Source: Podospora anserina
Taxonomy: Eukaryota
NCBI GenBank assembly: GCA_017654855.1
Contig: CM030334.1
Location: 3,782,001 to 3,846,000 of the forward strand
Length of the DNA: 64,000 nucleotides
Direction: 5' to 3'
In this document: in pieces, positions 37,482 to 50,677 of the stretch
Numbering within the stretch: position 1 is the first letter of the stretch
Layout of the letters: each line of letters opens with the position of its first letter
Program-made: the position numbers and the translations under genes
The notes under the pieces: generated by a model
What the model was told of the DNA's origin: nothing
Database searches by the model: none
Seen by the model: only the letters and a program-made list of their open reading frames with translations

Positions 37482-38098
37482 AGAGAGCAAGCAGGTTTGA
37501 TCCTCGCAGCAGTTGAATTCTCTACAGCAGGTCAACCAGAATCATCAAGGACAAAAGAAAATCAAACCACCATTCAATCCTCCTGGCCAACTTATTTGTT
37601 CAAGATCATGACCTCCAAATTCCCAAAACATCTAGTAATACAAGTAACGTTCGTCCATCCGTCCAACGCTACAGTCTGAGAAGAACCAAAACAGACAGGG
37701 AGGGAGAGTGTGCTCATATGCACATGATTACATATCATTTCGCTGTGTAGAAGAACGTTTCATTTACACCTTTGCCCCAACCAACCAACCAACCAACCAA
37801 ACCAAGCGTCACAACCCCCTTTTACCTCTCTCTATAGTGAGTGAGAATGAAAAGCCTTGTCCTAGCAGTTCCGCTAGTCCATTTTGAACCGCCCTCCTAT
37901 GACTCTGGGTAAAGTGATCGCTATGTGGGTTTGAAACCATGTCGTGGTTTTATCTTTCCGACCCTAGGGGAATCCTGCCCAAAAAGAAGTTTGATGATAC
38001 CTCCGCTATGAACACCAGAAGAAAAAAAAGAAAAATTATGTAGTCAAGAAATATGCGGGAACATGACCCAAGAAGAATGCATCTCCAAAACAAGACAA

Positions 38099-39666
38099 TC
38101 ATACGCCACCCTCCGGCTTGGGATCCTCGTGCTTAGCGGTGCTGCCCTTGCCACGCCACGTGCTGACGGCCTTGACTTCAGCCTTGTAGATTTGTACCTC
38201 GGTGCCGTAGGCCCGCGGCGTGAGCTTCATGAGCGTGTGAAGCGGTACTGGTACCCAGGGGCTTTCTTCTTGTGTCTTTTGCATAAAGTAGGCATAGATG
38301 CAACGAATGACGGCTTGGTGAGAAATGATGAGAATGTCCTCGCTGCGCTCCAGTTCCATGATGATGGGCTCGAGGCGGATCACTACATCCCGGTAGCTCT
38401 CACCGCCGCGGTAGCGGTAGTTGTACTTGTCTTCGTCGCGAGCCTGGAAATCTTCAGGGTACATGTCGGCGATCTCCTGGTACGTCATGCCGTCGCAGAC
38501 ACCAGCGTCGAGCTCGTCGAGCGCCTTCCATTGTAATTGGTTGTAGTGTTTTGGCAAGTGACGGGCCGTCGCAATGGTGCGTTTCAGGGTCGATGTCCAG
38601 ACCGTCAACGGCCGGTCGCTCTGCATGTGTGTGTTAGTTGAGTCAGGTCATATTCTTGGGGAACGGCACATAAAACTGCGTCGCTGCGGCGGAAAAACAG
38701 GTGCGAGTCCCCGCCTTGGCGCACGCGATTTCGGGTCCGACTTACACCTACAGATTCGAGAACCAGCTCGGGGAGCTTGAGCGCATATTCTTCACCGCGG
38801 TGAGACAAATCGGCATCACCACCGATGCGGCCCTCCAGGTTGAGCATAGACTCGCCGTGCTGCCAATAGAGTTAGTTTTCGGGCCTTGCAACCGTTCGAG
38901 TCAGATGAAGACTTACCCGAGAGAGCCAGACTGATCTGGGCCGGATGTGAAGGTTCATAAGATAATACACTATACGACTTTGAAGGTAATCCTGGATGCG
39001 GTTGATGATGACCTGTCGTCCCACGTTCATGATCTTGAGGTAGGTCAGATGATCCTCGTCCCCGTCGGCGTTGATGGTCTTGTACACCTTTTCGTAGTTG
39101 CGGATGCGGTTTCGGAAGTCGAGCGCGGCTTGCTCTGGGTCCTGGCCCTGGTAGTCCGGACTAGTAGTCTTGACATCCCGAATGTTGGCCATGATGAGCT
39201 CCTCTTCGTCACATTTGGACTCGACAAATATGACGTCGACACCTTCTTGGTTGATTCGGTCGAGCACCCATTTCCGGCGCTCCTTGGTGCTGTTTGTCGC
39301 ATCGAGAATACCAACCACTCCACCGCTCTTGAACCACTTCATCATGTCTGCCACGGCAGCCTCGGCCGCAGCCCGTCGCTTGCGCTCGCCTTCGGCATTG
39401 TTGGTGTCGAAGAAGTCAGCTGAGGGATGGGGGGCGTCGTTGCGCCGGTAATTGCCCACATTGAAGGTCGCCGCGGGGATCGAGAGCCACTTGAGGTATC
39501 GCTGAGCTACGAGGCTGTCAGTTTTTGGTCTTTTGCACAGGAATCAAGAAAACAACGCACCTTTTTGGGCAATATAACTTTTCCCGCGAGCTGGAAGCCC
39601 AACCATCACCACGCAGATGCGGGTTTCCTCGGGCCGAATCCCGACGCCGTTAGTCCTTGGAGCCAT
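38099..39666 (-). CDS. FBP26: 6-phosphofructo-2-kinase / fructose-2,6-bisphosphatase
   Basis: MVGLPARGKS, FNVGNYRR, LDATNST, SRHGES, LDELDAG and YRYRGGESY. Three introns. Confidence 0.93.
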
Positions 39667-39910
39667 TTTTGCTGCTGCTTGTGCAGTATTTGTGTGATGG
39701 AATGGAAAATGGCACCGGTAATCGCGGAGACATGTATCGGCCTAAATTGATGTGTCCCAGCTGCGTTCTTATAGAAGGGGTGGGTGGTCGCGTGAGGCTA
39801 GGTCGTCGGGCGTCTTGGCTAAAAGCACGGAAGACTGGAAATCGAAGGCCGTCTGCCGTAGAAAAGGTACCTGACGGATGGACTGATTGTGACTCTTCCG
39901 CGTGCGTGCG

Positions 39911-39913
<3 letters not shown>

Positions 39914-39948
<35 letters not shown>

Positions 39949-39952
39949 GTGT
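39914..39952. repeat. (GT)n microsatellite upstream of FBP26
   Basis: Near-perfect TG run. Confidence 0.9.
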
Positions 39953-41480
39953 GGTAGATTGGTAGATAGCGAAGCCGAGGGCTCTCCGATCTCGACGTCA
40001 CCCTGGGCCGATAAAGAATGCGACGGGGCGGGATGTGTTCAACGGCTGCCGGTCAAGGGCCAAAATAACACCTCGGTGGGCTGGTGGGAGGTGGGCAGGT
40101 TGTGTCGGGTTCGAGCGGATGGATGGCTAAAAGGCTACGAGAGAGAGAGAAAATGAAAGCTCGGGCAGCAGATGGAGGGGAGCACGATTCAATTTGTTGC
40201 AGAATTGGACCAAAGAAAAGGATGCTGTCACATCGGAATTCCCAGGGCACAAGGCTTGGGGCTTTGGGAAGCGCAGGGGCGTGGGCAGGGGGCGCGCTTC
40301 CGGCTAACAGTTCCAGGCCCTTTTAGGGAGGGAAAGGCCAAGCACGGGACCCCGCCGGATGGGCCCGACCTGGCAGATGGATGCTGGTCCACAGCGACTA
40401 CAGCAGGTGTCCGGGCAGCAGCAGGTGGGCTGAGGATGTTTCGTTTTTTCAATTACAGACCGCTCTATGGCTGGACCCTAGCTGAAGGTGGCCAGTGGCC
40501 ATTAAGTGACGTGATACCTCAAGGTATCCTCCTGGTAGATATCCGTAGCAAGCCGGTTGTCCGAGAGAGAGCACCTGGAACCTGGAAGCTCTCACTGGAC
40601 GGTTGTCTCTACTTTACGGATAGGTAGGCATGTTTCAATCAATGCTGTCTCTCTCTCTTCAAAATTCGACATCTGCTGTGCACCCTTGTGTCCCGTTTCC
40701 GCCGGCTGAAGTCGGAATGGCTCCAGGGATGTCGACGAAGATCCGCTCGCAGTTACCGTTGTCTCCGCTGCGTTTCCGGGACTCAAGGCATTTGAAGATG
40801 TCTAAAGTTTCACCCCGCCAAATGCCAAGCTGCGCCAAAACGCCGCCAGCTGACCAGCCAGTAGCATGCATCCCCCTTCCGTAAGAACGTGGACAGAAGA
40901 ATTGGCTTTCTCTCTGTTCGACAGTCTCGTGATGGGTTCGAAAACTTCGCTGTGAATAATGGCGTGGACACAACCAACGGGTGGTGGGGCATGTACTCTG
41001 GAAAGGCCAACTCGGGAAAGCCGGTTATTATGTCAGCCCAATCCAGAAATAAGGTGAAAACTTCTCTTTTTGCTCGGCTGAAGAGAAAAAAATAGGCCTT
41101 CGTCTCGTGACCATCGACATTGGCAATGGAGAAAAAAATAGCTGATCATCAGGCTCGGCGCCGCACCCCTCCATACACCGCCGTGTTGGTGTGGGGGTTT
41201 GTTTGGCTGAAGCTCAGCTGTGGGGTTGCTGGTTGTTTCCCAGCATTAATACACTGTAAAAAAAAAGTAGAATGAAAACAGTGCGTTGGCAGTGATGCCA
41301 TCACGAGTTCGACCGGTCATCTGATCCTTTCCCCTGAATTGATTGGAGACAGAGTGACAATTGTTGTGCCTTGCAGGTTGCATTTATTGGCCTCGGTGAG
41401 ATCAAGATAAGCTACCTAATCGATAACACTTATCGCTGCCCCTCCATTAACCGTCCATCAAGGTAACAGAGCTATCATCA

Positions 41481-43025
41481 TCAATGAGAGGCATGTCGCA
41501 TCCTCACAACCACGGGCTTCCTCTCAACCAACATGAAAGTCTTTAGGCTCTCCCACTCGAGCCTTTTCCCGTCGACCGCTTCAAAATCAAACGCCCTCAG
41601 CAGCTTGGTTGTGATCAACCGCATCTCGGCCCAAGCCAGGTGAATCCCGAGACAGATTCTCGGTCCCATGCTGAACGGTTGGAATGCCTCTCTCTTGTCT
41701 GTAAAGAATTCCGACTCCGGCTTGGAGGCATCAGGTAACCATCTCTCGGGCAAGAACTCATCAGCCCTGCGCCAGTAATTGGGATCCCGTTGCATAGCAT
41801 ACGCCTGGATCGACACCAACGTCTGACCCGGCAGTGTCACTCCCGCAACCACCCCACCCGCATCTGGCACCCGTCTCGGCAAGATCCAAGGTATAGGCGT
41901 GCACAACCTCAACGCCTCGGTTAGCACTGCATTCAGCCACTTCAGCTCCCGTAGCGAGTCCAGCGTGATCCCCTTCCCATCGTCGCCGAGCCCTCTGACT
42001 TCGTCCGTTACTTTCCTCAAATACTGCGGGTTCTGGACCAGATAATTCATCATACCCGTCAACGCCGTCGCAGTAGTCTCGCTGCCAGCAATCACAAGCG
42101 CCATAAACGACCCGTTGATATCATCTAGCGACATCTCGTTCTTGGTGTTTCCTCGCAGAATGGGGCTCATAATATCCTCCCTCTCCACCTCATAATTCAT
42201 CCTCCTGGCCACCCTCTCCACCACCTGCCCCCAGTGATCCCGTTGCATCTTCCTGAGCGATGGAGGTATGAGCTTGAACAAAGCAGACTCCAGCCAGGGG
42301 TAGAACCTCGCCGCAGCAACCTTGGTTGCCATTGCGGGCGTGTGGAAGAGAATGGCCACCCAGGGGTGATATTTGCTGTTCTCCAGGCAGTGGAAGCTCT
42401 CACCAAAAGCAAGATCGCCAAAGATGTCAAAAGTCACAAAGTTGAACCAGGGGCTTATATCTACCTCCGCCTTGGCCACACCTTTGTTGTCCTTTTCGCC
42501 TGGGGATGGGGAGTCGATCATTTCGGAAAGACGCTCGACAAGCAAGTTGACGTAGCGTTGGATGATTGGTTCCTGAGACCGCAGAGCGCGGGTGGTGAAG
42601 CCCGGGGTCAAGGCCTTTCTCATGCGGGCGTGCGTCTCGTGGTTGAGAGCTGTGAGCAAGCCCTCGGTGTGGACACGCTGCGCAGTCCACCAAGTCGGAT
42701 CTTTGGGAAACGGCGGCCTTCCGTGATGGGATTGCAGTATGTCGTTCCAGGCAGATGGGTGCGTGAATGTCAACTCATTGGGTGCGATTCTCAAGATTGG
42801 GCCGTATTTGCGGTGGAGCTTCTGGATATCATGGACGAAGGTCCCGCGAAGGAGAGCCCAGATGTAGGGCAGGCGAGTGGCGGACCATGATTTGGGACCG
42901 GGGATGTCTTTGAGGGGGTGGAAGTAGAGGTTGTAGATGGCGCGAAGGAGGAAGTAACCAACCAAAGAAAGGAGGACGGCGCCAGCCATGGTTGGCCAGG
43001 TGGATTTGAGTAATGCAGCTTCCAT
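41481..43025 (-). CDS. Cytochrome P450 monooxygenase (CYP65/Tri11-like)
   Basis: Intronless. AGSETTA (I-helix), EALR, PERW, heme motif FSMGPRICLG and TFDIFGDLAFGESF.CL. Confidence 0.93.
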   Translation of the reverse strand: MEAALLKSTWPTMAGAVLLSLVGYFLLRAIYNLYFHPLKDIPGPKSWSATRLPYIWALLRGTFVHDIQKLHRKYGPILRIAPNELTFTHPSAWNDILQSHHGRPPFPKDPTWWTAQRVHTEGLLTALNHETHARMRKALTPGFTTRALRSQEPIIQRYVNLLVERLSEMIDSPSPGEKDNKGVAKAEVDISPWFNFVTFDIFGDLAFGESFHCLENSKYHPWVAILFHTPAMATKVAAARFYPWLESALFKLIPPSLRKMQRDHWGQVVERVARRMNYEVEREDIMSPILRGNTKNEMSLDDINGSFMALVIAGSETTATALTGMMNYLVQNPQYLRKVTDEVRGLGDDGKGITLDSLRELKWLNAVLTEALRLCTPIPWILPRRVPDAGGVVAGVTLPGQTLVSIQAYAMQRDPNYWRRADEFLPERWLPDASKPESEFFTDKREAFQPFSMGPRICLGIHLAWAEMRLITTKLLRAFDFEAVDGKRLEWESLKTFMLVERKPVVVRMRHASH

Positions 43026-44306
43026 TGTGACGCTGGAGTGTAGTGGACGAAAGAAAGGTGGGAATCAGGGGATTCTGAAGGCATATAGACCACCACTCGA
43101 CCTACCTCGAAGGATCTAGTCTAGACACTTCCGGACAGCAGCCCGCGCTTTCCCCATCCATCCAAACATGGAGTATTGCATATGCGCTTTTTGATACGAT
43201 ACACACAAAATCAGGATGGACTCATCACCTGCCGGCCGGTGGAGGAAGCCATATATTGAACCATCTGTCCTATCAAATCCCATGGCAGTCACACACCAAG
43301 GTGGGGATATGCGGATGTCGACGTCTGTGCAAGCCACAGTTGAGGGTGAAATCCCCTCATTTGCATCGATCAGGGTAACACAAGTCGCCGAGGCGGTCTC
43401 GGTGATAAAAGGAATGCCCAATGGAAGGAATGGAACTTTTTCAGATGCTGGTTCAGTGGCGCTAAATAGGGCACAGGAACATCGTCTGAATAGGCAGTCG
43501 TCATGACTCCGTGATTTCAAGTATTTCCTGGGAATCATCTGTAAACTACTTACCTTAGGTATCTAGGTAGTCCGTTGATACAACTATTTGGACCTAGGTG
43601 TTTCTCCCGTCACTGATTAGAATCAATGTCTGATCAGGAAAAGACTGACCACTTCTCTTGCTTCCCGACATGGGCTCTCAAGTTCATCATTTGTCCCTGG
43701 CCGCCTTATCTTGCTACTGACTCCAGCAGGAGGATCGGATTGAAGCTTAACCCCATCTGAATAGGCCATGGGATCAAGGCGAACACCACATGATCTCTCA
43801 GCTGTCACCCGCGCAGGTATATAGATAAGGCTTTTCATTTTCCGAGCTCAATGCATAGTCCGAGTCCCTGTTAGAAGTTTGAAATGTCCGTTTTGATTCC
43901 TCTTGGAGTCTTGTCATGACAGACTGTCTGGGTTTGTTTGATTTTCAAAGGTGTATTGGGTTAGAGGGTGAGGTATTGGCGCTTCATCGAAGAGGAATAT
44001 ATGAAATCATACCTAGTCTGAGGGGTAGGGTAGAACAGGTAGATAGTGTTCGGAAATTCTATTGGAGACACCCGGAGCATGACACAACTATTTCAGCCTA
44101 CATGCTCAACACAAATTTCTTCCTCATTGTCTAACGTGCTACCAAAGCTACAGAGGTACCTCATATACCGGAAATGACTGACCAACACCACCATATAGAG
44201 ATCTAAATAGCACAAAACCTTGAAAAAAATATTCAAACGTCTCACCCAAAGGCAGCACGGGACCCCCTAAATCACAATCTTACACGATCCCGAGTCCACC
44301 GCCAAC

Positions 44307-44964
44307 TCAGCAAACATCATAAAAAGGCAACCCAGCCCCAGCATAAGTAAACCCGGCATCCCACTGAGGGGCATCCTCGCCCACAATCGATCCCGTCTGC
44401 CCGCCCTCGACACACAGCGCATCAACAATATCGAGCTGATCGGCGATAAAGTTGGTGTCTGTCGTCAGGGTGGTGCACAAGCTGCAGAAGAAGGCCTGGC
44501 AGGTGCCAAAAGAGAAGACAAGACACGAGCTGGCCGAGACGATGAGCAGGTCGTTGGAGCTGGAGACTTGGTCGACGATTACGTCGCAGTCTTGGGGTCG
44601 GGGGGCGGGGTTCTGAGGGGGATGTTAGTACAGAGTGTGTTGCACGGGCAGGGGGGGTGAGGGAGCATACGGCATTGTAGCATTCAAAGAAGTCACTGGC
44701 AGAAACTTGACGGGTCTCCACCTGGTCCTCCCTGCGGCGGAGGGTGGCAGGAGTGAGTGAGTCGGTTGACAGCTTAACGTTGGCTGTGGCTACGCTTGTC
44801 TTGTAGCCGGCGGGAGCGCTGGAGGGGACTTTGGCAGCACGAGGAGGGGGAGCGGCGCCGTTGAATTTGCGAAGGGTGCCTGCATGTGCCCGTCTTTCGA
44901 GAACAGGAGTCTCGAGAGCGAGGGCGACGGCCAGGAAGAGAGTGGTGAGGAAAGAGACCTTCAT
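44307..44964 (-). CDS. Small secreted Cys-rich protein with propeptide (Ecp2/KP4-like fold possible)
   Basis: Signal peptide MKVSFLTTLFLAVALA and basic processing-like sites (LERR, LRRR, ETR). One intron (~44670-44614). The mature part has 8 Cys: ECYNANPAPRPQDC..SC..GTC..FCSLC..LC..VC. Confidence 0.75.
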
Positions 44965-47197
44965 GTTGTATGAGATGAAGTGACACAAGAGAGATGATGT
45001 GATACTGAAATCAAAGACGAGGTTGGAGGATGCTTCCGTTGAAAGTTTGGATCTGAGAGAGCCGCTGTCGATCAAGTCCCAGAGGAACGGAAAACCTGGG
45101 ACTCTTTATAGTTACCAGTTTCCAGACTTGAAGCCAACCTCAAAGAACAACACCTGCCTTTCCTGGTCCCATCACCCAACAGATTGGGCAGACTACGACG
45201 CCGATATTGCCGTCGACCGCCTTCTGCAGAACATAATGACGCCGATATTGCCCCCTGATAAGTTCGAGGAAGGTAGGAACCCTGGGATATGAATTGGTAT
45301 CCAGAAACAGACCATGCTCACTTTCTGCGCATCCTTTCCCCACAAAGACCATGACATGCAGCTACTTGCCGTGCTGCCAACCATCTCCCAAAAGTGTCAC
45401 TCGTGACGCCGACGATGCTACATGGCTCGGGTTGGGCCGTGTCTGTCTGACTGTCTGAGCCCCCCCGTACGACTGTACAACGCCGCTCAGACGCACGAAT
45501 GAGGGACAGGTTCTGCCAGCCAGCATGGAGACCTTTTGTTTTGGACGCCCCCAGAGAACCCCCCAGGTCGAAGTGATCGTATTCCCACCTACCCCTTCGG
45601 TCCGCAAGCTAGTCTGTAAAGGTTGGCCGAGAAGGGGGGTTGAGTGGGTTGGCAAAGCAGGAATTTTCAGCTTGCAGAGCCATCAGTCATCAGCCCCTGA
45701 CAGCCACGGCAGGCTTGGTGACGTCTACCCCCGTGTTTCTTGCGGCTTCTCCGGTAGCTTTCTCCGTCTGTGGCGTCTGGTTGGGTTGAATTCTTCGTGC
45801 TCCATGCCGTCGGTCCATGATGCCAAACCCAGAGGTTGCCGACTTTTGCCCGCATTGGAGGCATGTGTAAGTATAGGTTGGGGAGCTAAGGTTGGCTGGT
45901 ATGGATGTATGTGGATAGGTAGCGTAGTAGAGACCCAGTGTTCCAGTCAGACCATAGCAGCCAGACTACTGGCAATGTGTATGTAACCCCAAGATATCTG
46001 CTGTTTATTTTTAACAGTGGATAAATTGAAAATGATACGCAAAGAGCGAGCAAGTTGTAAAGACAAAGCAGACGTCGTGAACCCCAGACGGCCGAGTCTG
46101 GATCCGAAGAGCGAAACCCGGAACGAGGTCATAGACAAGACCACACTTGAGATACAAAGACCGATAGTCCCCGAAGTAAATGCTGCCCTGCGTTGACGAG
46201 GTGAGTTAGGCTGGCCACTTGGCGAGGTGAGAAAGACGGCATGAAATTGACTGGCACTCCAAGACGAGAGCTTGGATCCAAATCCCAGCACCCAAAGGAC
46301 CCCTTCAGGGCACCAGTGCCTCTCTGTGCCTCGCTGGGTAATATAAGAAAAGCAACCTCGCGCTGCAGGAGAAGAGGTTGAGGAAGCTGGTAACGAGACA
46401 ATCATTACTTGTTCTGAGAGGCATCGGTAGTAGCCTGGACAAGCGACGCAAGCGATATTGGGGGAGTTCCCCCGTTCCCGGTCGGCGGGCGTCCCCAGTT
46501 TCTGTCAGTCAGTTTCTGTCAGTGTCTCTGCTTCTCTGCTCCTTTGACGTTGTGTTCGGGCATTTTCCGTAGCCGAAGAAGTCGATCATTTGCCGGATCG
46601 AAGTCATTGGAAGACTCAACCCCACACACGGCACCCAGATTAAGGTTGCAGTGACGTGCTGACATAAGGGCATCACTTGTGGACAAAATAACTGGCACTG
46701 CAAAAAACACTGAACTGTTCCTCGAAGGATGGCTGATAGGCCTTGAAAATTCTTCATAGACCTTAAGTGATGGTTGAGAGACATTTAAAGATAGTCAAGA
46801 TGCCTATTTTGTATATAAAAAGGTGTAAATTGAATCATTGTAGGTTTTACTGACTTGCAGTGCCAGTTATTTTGTTTACTGTATGGCATCCCAGGAAAGC
46901 CTGAGCGCACGGTCCAGCGCGGCACCCGACCCCGCCGGCTACCGGTGAAATGATTGACCGAGCCATCCCATGTGAGCGGGAGACGCAGCTGAGGCGGGGC
47001 TTGTGCTGAGTGGCACGTGCCACAGCCCAGGTCAATGTGCAGGGATTGGGCCTGGGCCAGCCCGCTATCAGTTGACGAGATAAGCTCAAAGGCAGAAAAA
47101 AAATCGGCCAGCAACAATTGAACGGAACCCTGTGAGCGACCAGCTGTTGATTGCGATTACCTGCATCACCAATCGTCAACCCGCAAACACCGCAACC

Positions 47198-49023
47198 ATG
47201 GCCTCCGATCCCACCAGCAAGAAGCGCAAGCTCAAGTCCGAGAAGACTTCGGTCATCAAGAAGGTCAAGAAAGCCAAGAGAGACCCGACCCCCGAGGAAA
47301 GCGAAGATGCTGAGATCGAGGATGCCCCCGTTGCGCCCGAGTCTGTTGCAGACGAGGAAGTCGAGGCTGCTTCCACCAAAGACGACTCCGAGGACGAGGA
47401 CGATGACCAGAATGGCAGCACCGACCTGGCACCCCCCAAGGCCGATGCACCCCTGATTGCCCCCGGGCTCGACACCAACGCGACCGACTTCGCCCAGCTC
47501 AACCTCTCCGAAAGGACGATGAAGGCGATCGAGGAGATGGGTTTCACAAAGATGACCGAGATTCAGAGACGGGGCATCCCGCCACTTCTCGCCGGCAAGG
47601 ATGTTCTGGGAGCGGCCAAGACAGGTTCCGGAAAGACTCTTGCTTTCTTGATTCCCGCCATTGAGATGCTGCACTCGTTGCGCTTCAAGCCAAGAAACGG
47701 AACTGGTGTCATTGTGGTGACCCCCACTCGCGAGCTGGCCCTGCAGATCTTTGGTGTCGCGCGCGAGTTGATGAAGCACCACTCTCAGACCTGTACGTCC
47801 ACTAACAAAGACCGAGATTTTTTCTTGTGGGAGGAGACTAACCAAATCTCCAGATGGTGTGTGTATTGGTGGCGCAAACCGCAGGGCTGAGGCCGACAAG
47901 CTCGGAAAGGGTGTCAATCTGCTCATTGCTACCCCCGGTAGACTGCTCGATCATCTCCAGAACACCCCCTTCGTCTTCAAGAACCTCAAGTCCCTGATTA
48001 TCGACGAGGCCGACCGTATTCTCGAGATTGGTTTCGAGGATGAAATGCGCCAGATTGTCAAGATTCTCCCCAAGGATGAGCGCCAGACTATGCTCTTCTC
48101 CGCCACACAAACAACCAAGGTCGAGGATCTTGCCAGGATATCTCTCCGGCCCGGACCCCTCTACATCAACGTTGACGAGGAGAAGCAGTACAGCACAGTG
48201 GAGGGCGTCGACCAAGGCTACGTCATTGTCGATGCCGACAAGCGTTTCCTCCTCTTGTTCTCTTTCCTCAAGAAGATGTCCAAGAAGAAGGTTATCGTTT
48301 TCTTCTCGTCTTGCAACTCGGTCAAGTACTACAGCGAACTTTTGCAGTACATTGACCTGCCGGTCCTTGATCTCCACGGCAAGCAGAAGCAGCAGAAGCG
48401 CACCAACACCTTCTTTGAGTTCTGCAACGCCACACAGGGTACCCTGATCTGCACGGACGTTGCTGCTCGTGGTCTCGATATCCCCGCTGTTGACTGGATC
48501 GTCCAGTTCGACCCTCCTGATGATCCTCGCGACTACATTCACCGTGTCGGCCGTACAGCCCGTGGCAACAACACCAAGGGTCGGTCGCTCCTCTTCTTGC
48601 AGCCCTGCGAGCTTGGTTTCTTGGCCCATCTCAAGGCTGCCAAGGTCCCCGTCGTCGAGTACGATTTCCCCAAGAATAAGATCCTCAACGTGCAGTCTCA
48701 GCTGGAGAAGCTCATTGGCAGCAACTACTACCTCAACCAGAGCGCCAAGGACGGTTACCGGTCGTATCTCCATGCTTATGCCTCGCACAGTCTGCGCAGT
48801 GTATTTGACATCCACAAGTTGGATCTCGTCAAGGTGGCCAAGGTAAGTTCTTGTCGTGACATTTTCGCGCCCTTTGGGTCATAAGCTGACAAATATTGAA
48901 CAGAGCTTCGGTTTTGCTACGCCACCAAGGGTTGACATTACTCTCTCAGCCAGCATGAGCAGGGATAAGAAGCCACAAGGGAGAAGGCCGTACGGCAGCC
49001 AACCTAAGCAGGAGCGGAGGTAA
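47198..49023 (+). CDS. HAS1: ATP-dependent DEAD-box RNA helicase Has1 (DDX18)
   Basis: [44 protein letters not shown] and [10 protein letters not shown]. Introns 47793-47853 and 48843-48903. Confidence 0.96.
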
Positions 49024-49718
49024 TGGATGAAGGAAAGGGGGCGGATTGGTGTTGCTGCATTGTCTCGTGTCTTGTCTATGGCGTTGGGTGTCAAAAGAAG
49101 GGTCTACCACATACCAATTGAGCACATTTTTATTTTATTTACATTACAGTTTCTTATTGCGTTTGGTGTTGACCGTTGTCAAGACGGCGCCGGGGGAGGT
49201 GAGCCAAGATGAGGAGATCTCGGTGACGTCTCGGTATCTGCGAGGCTCTAGCGAATTGCGTGATCTTTGGTCACCGCAGCGCGAGAGTTTTGCCGGGGAG
49301 GAGGAGGGTGTTGCAATTAGAATACCGTACACGGCAGGAGAATGGAAGGTTACGCATGGGCGGGGGGACAAGGCAGAAAAGGGGTTTGAGGGGACCGAGT
49401 TGTTGGGGTAAAAGGGGCAGAGAGATAAGCGGCCAGGGACGGGAGGCAACACAACTTCAAGCCATGCATCAGGGGGGATAAGGAGGTTGCGTGGTGAGCT
49501 TTTGCGCCCTGCCGGATAATTCGGTCCTGGATCTGAAGGGGATGTTCGGTGTTTCGGTAGTTGAACTATGGCCGTTTCTTTTTGATGTCCTGGCAGCGTG
49601 CATGGTAACTATAAAGACGGGGTTGTTGCCCGTTTGTTTTCAAGTTGGGATATCATCCTCTCTCAGCACCAGCTTAACCTGTGAACAACAATTATCAACA
49701 TCAACATCACCAGATAAA

Positions 49719-50291
49719 ATGGTCTCCCTACACCCCCTCCTCGACAACGGCATCACCCCCGGCTCGGACTCGTTCCCCGGCGGCACCCTCAAATGCCTCT
49801 GCCCCTCCTTCCCCGTCGAGATCACCCTCACCACCAACGTCGCTCACAACCACGCCTGCGGCTGCTCCAAATGCTGGAAGCCCGCCGGCGCCCTCTTCTC
49901 CATCGTCGGCGTCGTGCCCCGCGACGAGCTCTCCGTCACCGCCAACGGGGACAAACTAGCCATTGTGGACGAGTCGGCCGTCATTCAGCGGTACGCCTGC
50001 AAGGAATGCGGGACTCATCTGTACGGGAGGATTGAGAAGGAGCATCCGTTCTACGGACTGGACTTTGTGCATGCCGAGTTGAGCGAGGAGGAGGGGTGGC
50101 AGGAGCCGCAGTTTGCGGCTTTTGTGAGCAGTGTTATTGAGCAGGGGTTTGATCCGGCCAAGATTGGGGAGGTGAGAGCGAGGTTTAGGGAGTTGGGGTT
50201 GGAGACGTATGATAGTTTGAGTCCGCCGTTGATGGATGCGATTGCTGCTTGGACGGGGAGGAAGAATGGGAAGTTGCCTGCGGCGGCTTGA
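49719..50291 (+). CDS. gfa: Glutathione-dependent formaldehyde-activating enzyme (GFA)
   Basis: [34 protein letters not shown] and [14 protein letters not shown]. Confidence 0.92.
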   Translation: MVSLHPLLDNGITPGSDSFPGGTLKCLCPSFPVEITLTTNVAHNHACGCSKCWKPAGALFSIVGVVPRDELSVTANGDKLAIVDESAVIQRYACKECGTHLYGRIEKEHPFYGLDFVHAELSEEEGWQEPQFAAFVSSVIEQGFDPAKIGEVRARFRELGLETYDSLSPPLMDAIAAWTGRKNGKLPAAA

Positions 50292-50677
50292 CTTGAGAGG
50301 AGGAAAGGGGGCAACCGGGGGTGTAGTCTGTAGATTATGAACGGGGCGGTGGTGTTGTGGTAGAGAGGAAAAGATATGACGTTTGAAACCAAGCTTTGCT
50401 TTTTTGTCTTCCACAGCGGGCAGGGCCACTGTCGAGCTTATCTTGCGTGTCTTTGGCTTTCGTTTTCGTTTTTCCTTTTTCGTTTTTCTTTTTCCTTTTC
50501 CTTTTCTTCTTCCTTTTCTTTTCCTTACATTATGACATGTCCACTGCCCGATTCAAAACTTGTAAAGATGTAAAGTGCCATTTAACGCCTATAAAAATCA
50601 TGGTCTACCGTGTGTACTAGTACTAAATGCAAAAAAGACGGGGGTCGAGGTCGGAGTGTTAGAGGAAGCGAAGAAAA

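Noticed and set aside
41295-41330. GAGTTCGACC B-box-like motif suggesting a tRNA
   Set aside because: No cloverleaf or acceptor stem could be formed.
41481-44964. P450 as part of a secondary-metabolite cluster
   Set aside because: No PKS, NRPS, terpene synthase or cluster regulator nearby; the flanks are housekeeping genes.
45947-46710. Short ORFs and a 14-bp tandem duplication (CAGTTTCTGTCAGT x2, ~46496-46523) upstream of HAS1
   Set aside because: No frame gave a recognisable protein, even after removing the duplication.
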